Below, piece by piece: positions 62,101 to 64,000 of a stretch of 64,000 nt of DNA. The stretch's first letter is position 1; each line of letters starts with the position of its first letter. Where the stretch lies: contig OZ244561.1 of the NCBI GenBank assembly GCA_965217585.1, forward strand, positions 5,344,001 to 5,408,000, in the 5' to 3' direction. The position numbers and the translations under genes are program-made. The stretch comes from Candidatus Latescibacterota bacterium. GTDB lineage: Bacteria > Latescibacterota > UBA2968 > UBA8231. Below the pieces are notes generated by a model, which worked only from the letters and a program-made list of their open reading frames with translations, made no database searches and was not told the origin of the DNA.

Positions 62101-63235
62101 CGAAGACGGCGATCAAGTCGAGATAGAACAGGTGTTATACGAATGGGATCCATACAACACTGTGATCCTCACCGACCGCCCAGGCAGGATCAAGTTCAAC
62201 GATATCATTGCCGGGGTAACTATGCGCGAGGAATTCGACGAAAGCACGGGCATGAGCGTCCGCGTCATTGTCGAACAGCGAGACCGCTCGCTGAGCCCGC
62301 AGATCGAGATCGAGAGCGAGGAATACGGAGCCCGTTCCTATATCATTCCGGTCGGTGCTCGTCTTCTGGTCGAAGACGAGGATCAAATCGCACCGGGGCA
62401 GGTGTTGGTCAAGATCCCGCGCGAGCGTTCCAAGACGCGCGACATCACCGGCGGCTTGCCGCGCGTTGCCGAGCTCTTCGAGGCGCGCCGGCCCAAGGAA
62501 CCTGCGGTAATATCGGAAATCGACGGCACTGTGAGCTTTGGCGGCCTAGTCCGCGGCAATCGCGAACTGTTCGTCACTCCGCTGGACGGCGAGAAAAAGA
62601 AATACTCGGTGCCCTACGGCAAGCACCTGCGCGTACACGAAGGCGACCGGGTCGAAGCCGGCGAGCGCCTCTCCGAGGGTTCGGTCAACCCGCACGATAT
62701 TCTGCGGGTCCAGGGCGTGAATAAGGTACAGGAGTACTTGGTCAACGAGATTCAGGACGTCTACCGCCTACAGGCCGTGGAGATCAACGACAAGCACATT
62801 GAGGTGATCGTTAAACAGATGCTGCAGAAGGTGCGCATCATCGACCCGGGCGACACGAATTTTCTTGAAGGGGAGGAAGTGGATAAGATCCGCTTCAACA
62901 GGGAAAATGACAAAGTCCTCTACGAGGGAGGGGACCCGGCTACCTGCCAGCCAATCCTTCTAGGCATTACCCGCGCCTCGCTGCGTACGGACAGCTTTAT
63001 CTCTGCCGCCTCCTTTCAGGAGACGACGCGTGTGTTGACCGAAGCGGCCGTGCAAGGCAAAGTAGACCATCTGCGCGGTTTGAAAGAAAACGTCATCATC
63101 GGCCGCTTGATCCCAGCCGGTACGGGCACTACGTCCTACCAAGAGATCACCTATGAGAGCTTGGTGCCCGAAGGTAATGGCAAAGCTGAGTTGACCGAAG
63201 TCGCGGCTGCGGAAACGGGTGTTTTGGACGAGTAG
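59147..63235 (+). CDS. rpoC: RNA polymerase beta' subunit
   Basis: NADFDGD catalytic motif and zinc-binding cysteines. Confidence 0.99.
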   Translation: MPVLQIANASRKPTDFDSIRIQLASPETIRAWSQGEVTKPETINYRSFKPERDGLFCERIFGPVKDWNCHCGKYKGIRYRGVVCDRCGVEVTQVKVRRERLGHIELAVQVSHIWYFKSLPSRIGALLDISMRNLERILYYESYVVIDPRGAPVEKLQLLTEEELFEVEEEGGDPDVDMGAPAVRRLLEQIDIEELSAELRTLVRMESSIQRKQEALKRLKVVEAFRQSENRPEWMILDNIPVIPPDLRPLVPLEGGRFATSDLNDLYRRVINRNNRLKKLINIKAPEVILRNEKRMLQEAVDALFDNGRRSRAVRGDGNRSLKSLSDLLKGKQGRFRQNLLGKRVDYSGRSVIVVGPELKLYQCGLPKGMALELFKPFVIKKLEEKGLVQTVKSAKKLVERERSEVWDILEEIIRDHCVLLNRAPTLHKLGIQAFQPILVEGKAIRLHPLVCAAFNADFDGDQMAVHVPLSFESQIEARLLMLSTNNILKPADGEPVIMDNPQDIVLGSYYLTKVRFSEAGGVERSFANKTEAVAAFESGRITLHQPIVVRIDGEMVNTTVGRLLFNEVLPEEIGFINRTVDKGDIKKITSKVHRLLGNRRTAEFVDQLKNVGYHYATLAGVSIAVDDVVVPDSKTKLIDGALKEVEKVRDQYANGIITDGERYNKIIDIWMHSTEVVSRAVQNALEEAEEGFNSVYIMKDSGARGSGDQIKQLGGMRGLMNKPQKKLTGAVGEIIETPIIASFKEGLSVLEYFISTHGARKGLADTALKTAEAGYLTRRMVDVAQDVVISENDCMTSQGLKTGALKDGEEVIEPLADRIVGRVLQEDALDADGNVVAQAGVLLEEEDANRIAQVGIEEVLIRSVLTCESERGVCIKCYGRNMATGREVNVGEAVGVVAAQSIGEPGTQLTLRTFHIGGTASRIAEQSQITARRTGRVQFSNVDTVQNPTAGVTVVGRNGEIELLDEQNRVRVRQIAPYGAVLKVEDGDQVEIEQVLYEWDPYNTVILTDRPGRIKFNDIIAGVTMREEFDESTGMSVRVIVEQRDRSLSPQIEIESEEYGARSYIIPVGARLLVEDEDQIAPGQVLVKIPRERSKTRDITGGLPRVAELFEARRPKEPAVISEIDGTVSFGGLVRGNRELFVTPLDGEKKKYSVPYGKHLRVHEGDRVEAGERLSEGSVNPHDILRVQGVNKVQEYLVNEIQDVYRLQAVEINDKHIEVIVKQMLQKVRIIDPGDTNFLEGEEVDKIRFNRENDKVLYEGGDPATCQPILLGITRASLRTDSFISAASFQETTRVLTEAAVQGKVDHLRGLKENVIIGRLIPAGTGTTSYQEITYESLVPEGNGKAELTEVAAAETGVLDE

Positions 63236-63237
63236 TA

Positions 63238-63266
63238 TTGACAGTTATACAATTTGTAGTTAATAT
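63238..63266 (+). promoter_or_regulatory. Sigma70 promoter of the str operon
   Basis: TTGACA-17 nt-TAATAT. Confidence 0.7.
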
Positions 63267-63309
63267 ATGAGCTTGCTATTTATTACGGAATCGCGAGGAG
63301 AAACAGCGC

Positions 63310-63681
63310 TTGCCAACGGTTAGCCAGCTGGTCCGCAAAAGCCGGCAAAAATCACTAAAAAAGACGGACTCTCCAGCGCTGAGAGGTTGTCCTCAGCGCC
63401 GCGGCGTATGTACGCGCGTTTACACTCAGACGCCCAAGAAGCCCAATTCGGCCCTGCGCAAGATGGCTCGCGTGCGTTTGACTACGGGGATTGAAGTCAC
63501 GGCTTATGTTCCAGGCGAGGGCCATACGCTTCAGGAGCACTCCATCGTTTTGGTGCGCGGGGGGCGGATCAAGGACTGCCCCGGCGTGCGCTACCACATC
63601 GTGCGCGGCGTCCTCGATGCGACGGGCGTGGCCGACCGCCGCCAGGGTCGCTCCAAATATGGCACCCGGCGGCCAACCTAA
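63310..63681 (+). CDS. rpsL: 30S ribosomal protein S12
   Basis: [11 protein letters not shown]; TTG start after GAGGAG. Confidence 0.98.
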   Translation: MPTVSQLVRKSRQKSLKKTDSPALRGCPQRRGVCTRVYTQTPKKPNSALRKMARVRLTTGIEVTAYVPGEGHTLQEHSIVLVRGGRIKDCPGVRYHIVRGVLDATGVADRRQGRSKYGTRRPT

Positions 63682-63693
63682 GAGTACAAACTA

Positions 63694-64000
63694 ATGTCGC
63701 GGCGTAAAAAAGCAATCAAACGCAAGCTGCTACCGGACCCGAAATTCCACAACGTCTTGGCGGCGAGGTTCGTAAATTCGCTGATGAAGCAAGGCAAGAA
63801 GAGCGTGGCCGAGCGCATATTCTACGACTCGATTGACTTAGCCGCCGAGCGCAGTGGCCAAGACGGTATTGATGTCTTCCAGAAGGCGCTAGAAAACGCC
63901 AAGCCCATCGTCATGGTTAAATCGCGTCGAGTCGGTGGCCAGACCTATCAGGTACCGGTTGAAATGCGGCCAGACGAGCGCACGGCGCGTTCGATTCGCT
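63694..64000 (+). CDS. rpsG: 30S ribosomal protein S7 (partial)
   Basis: MSRRKKAIKRKLLPDPKF..GKKSVAERIFY..KSRRVGGQTYQVPVE, open to the window end. Confidence 0.97.
   Translation, partial: MSRRKKAIKRKLLPDPKFHNVLAARFVNSLMKQGKKSVAERIFYDSIDLAAERSGQDGIDVFQKALENAKPIVMVKSRRVGGQTYQVPVEMRPDERTARSIR

Overview
GC-rich bacterial chromosome segment. The gene content (secreted proteins with FlgD/'TPNGD' tails, paired DUF6785-like membrane proteins, three PhyH dioxygenases, a sulfatase and a DUF3604-like protein) suggests a Latescibacterota/Poribacteria-type organism; this is an inference. 1-14.7 kb: a cell-surface locus with two GT-C+TPR glycosyltransferases, a two-domain parvulin PPIase lipoprotein, a tandem array of three mosaic FlgD-tail proteins with hypervariable loops, and a related partial gene at the window edge. 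15-36 kb: a catabolic region with a cytochrome c/copper type II monooxygenase fusion lipoprotein, two DUF6785-like transporters plus a gene scar of a third, PhyH enzymes, a sulfatase, an AAA/DUF4143 gene behind a perfect 30-bp palindrome, and a stand-alone infC with a probable AUC start. 36-49.8 kb: sulP, zapA, an FAD/Fe-S oxidoreductase-Rid-like-FmdB-larA operon, and an sbcD-sbcC-ygfZ operon ending in a fingerless, catalytically dead DinB that keeps its clamp motif. 49.9-51.0 kb: an IS701-like element inserted in the greA promoter, with its first catalytic Asp motif replaced by a palindrome. 51-64 kb: greA, tRNA-Gly, tRNA-Thr, rpmG, tRNA-Trp, secE, nusG, rplKAJL, rpoBC, rpsL and partial rpsG. 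No tuf is present in the tRNA cluster, and RpoB carries D516Q/S522D in the rifampicin pocket.
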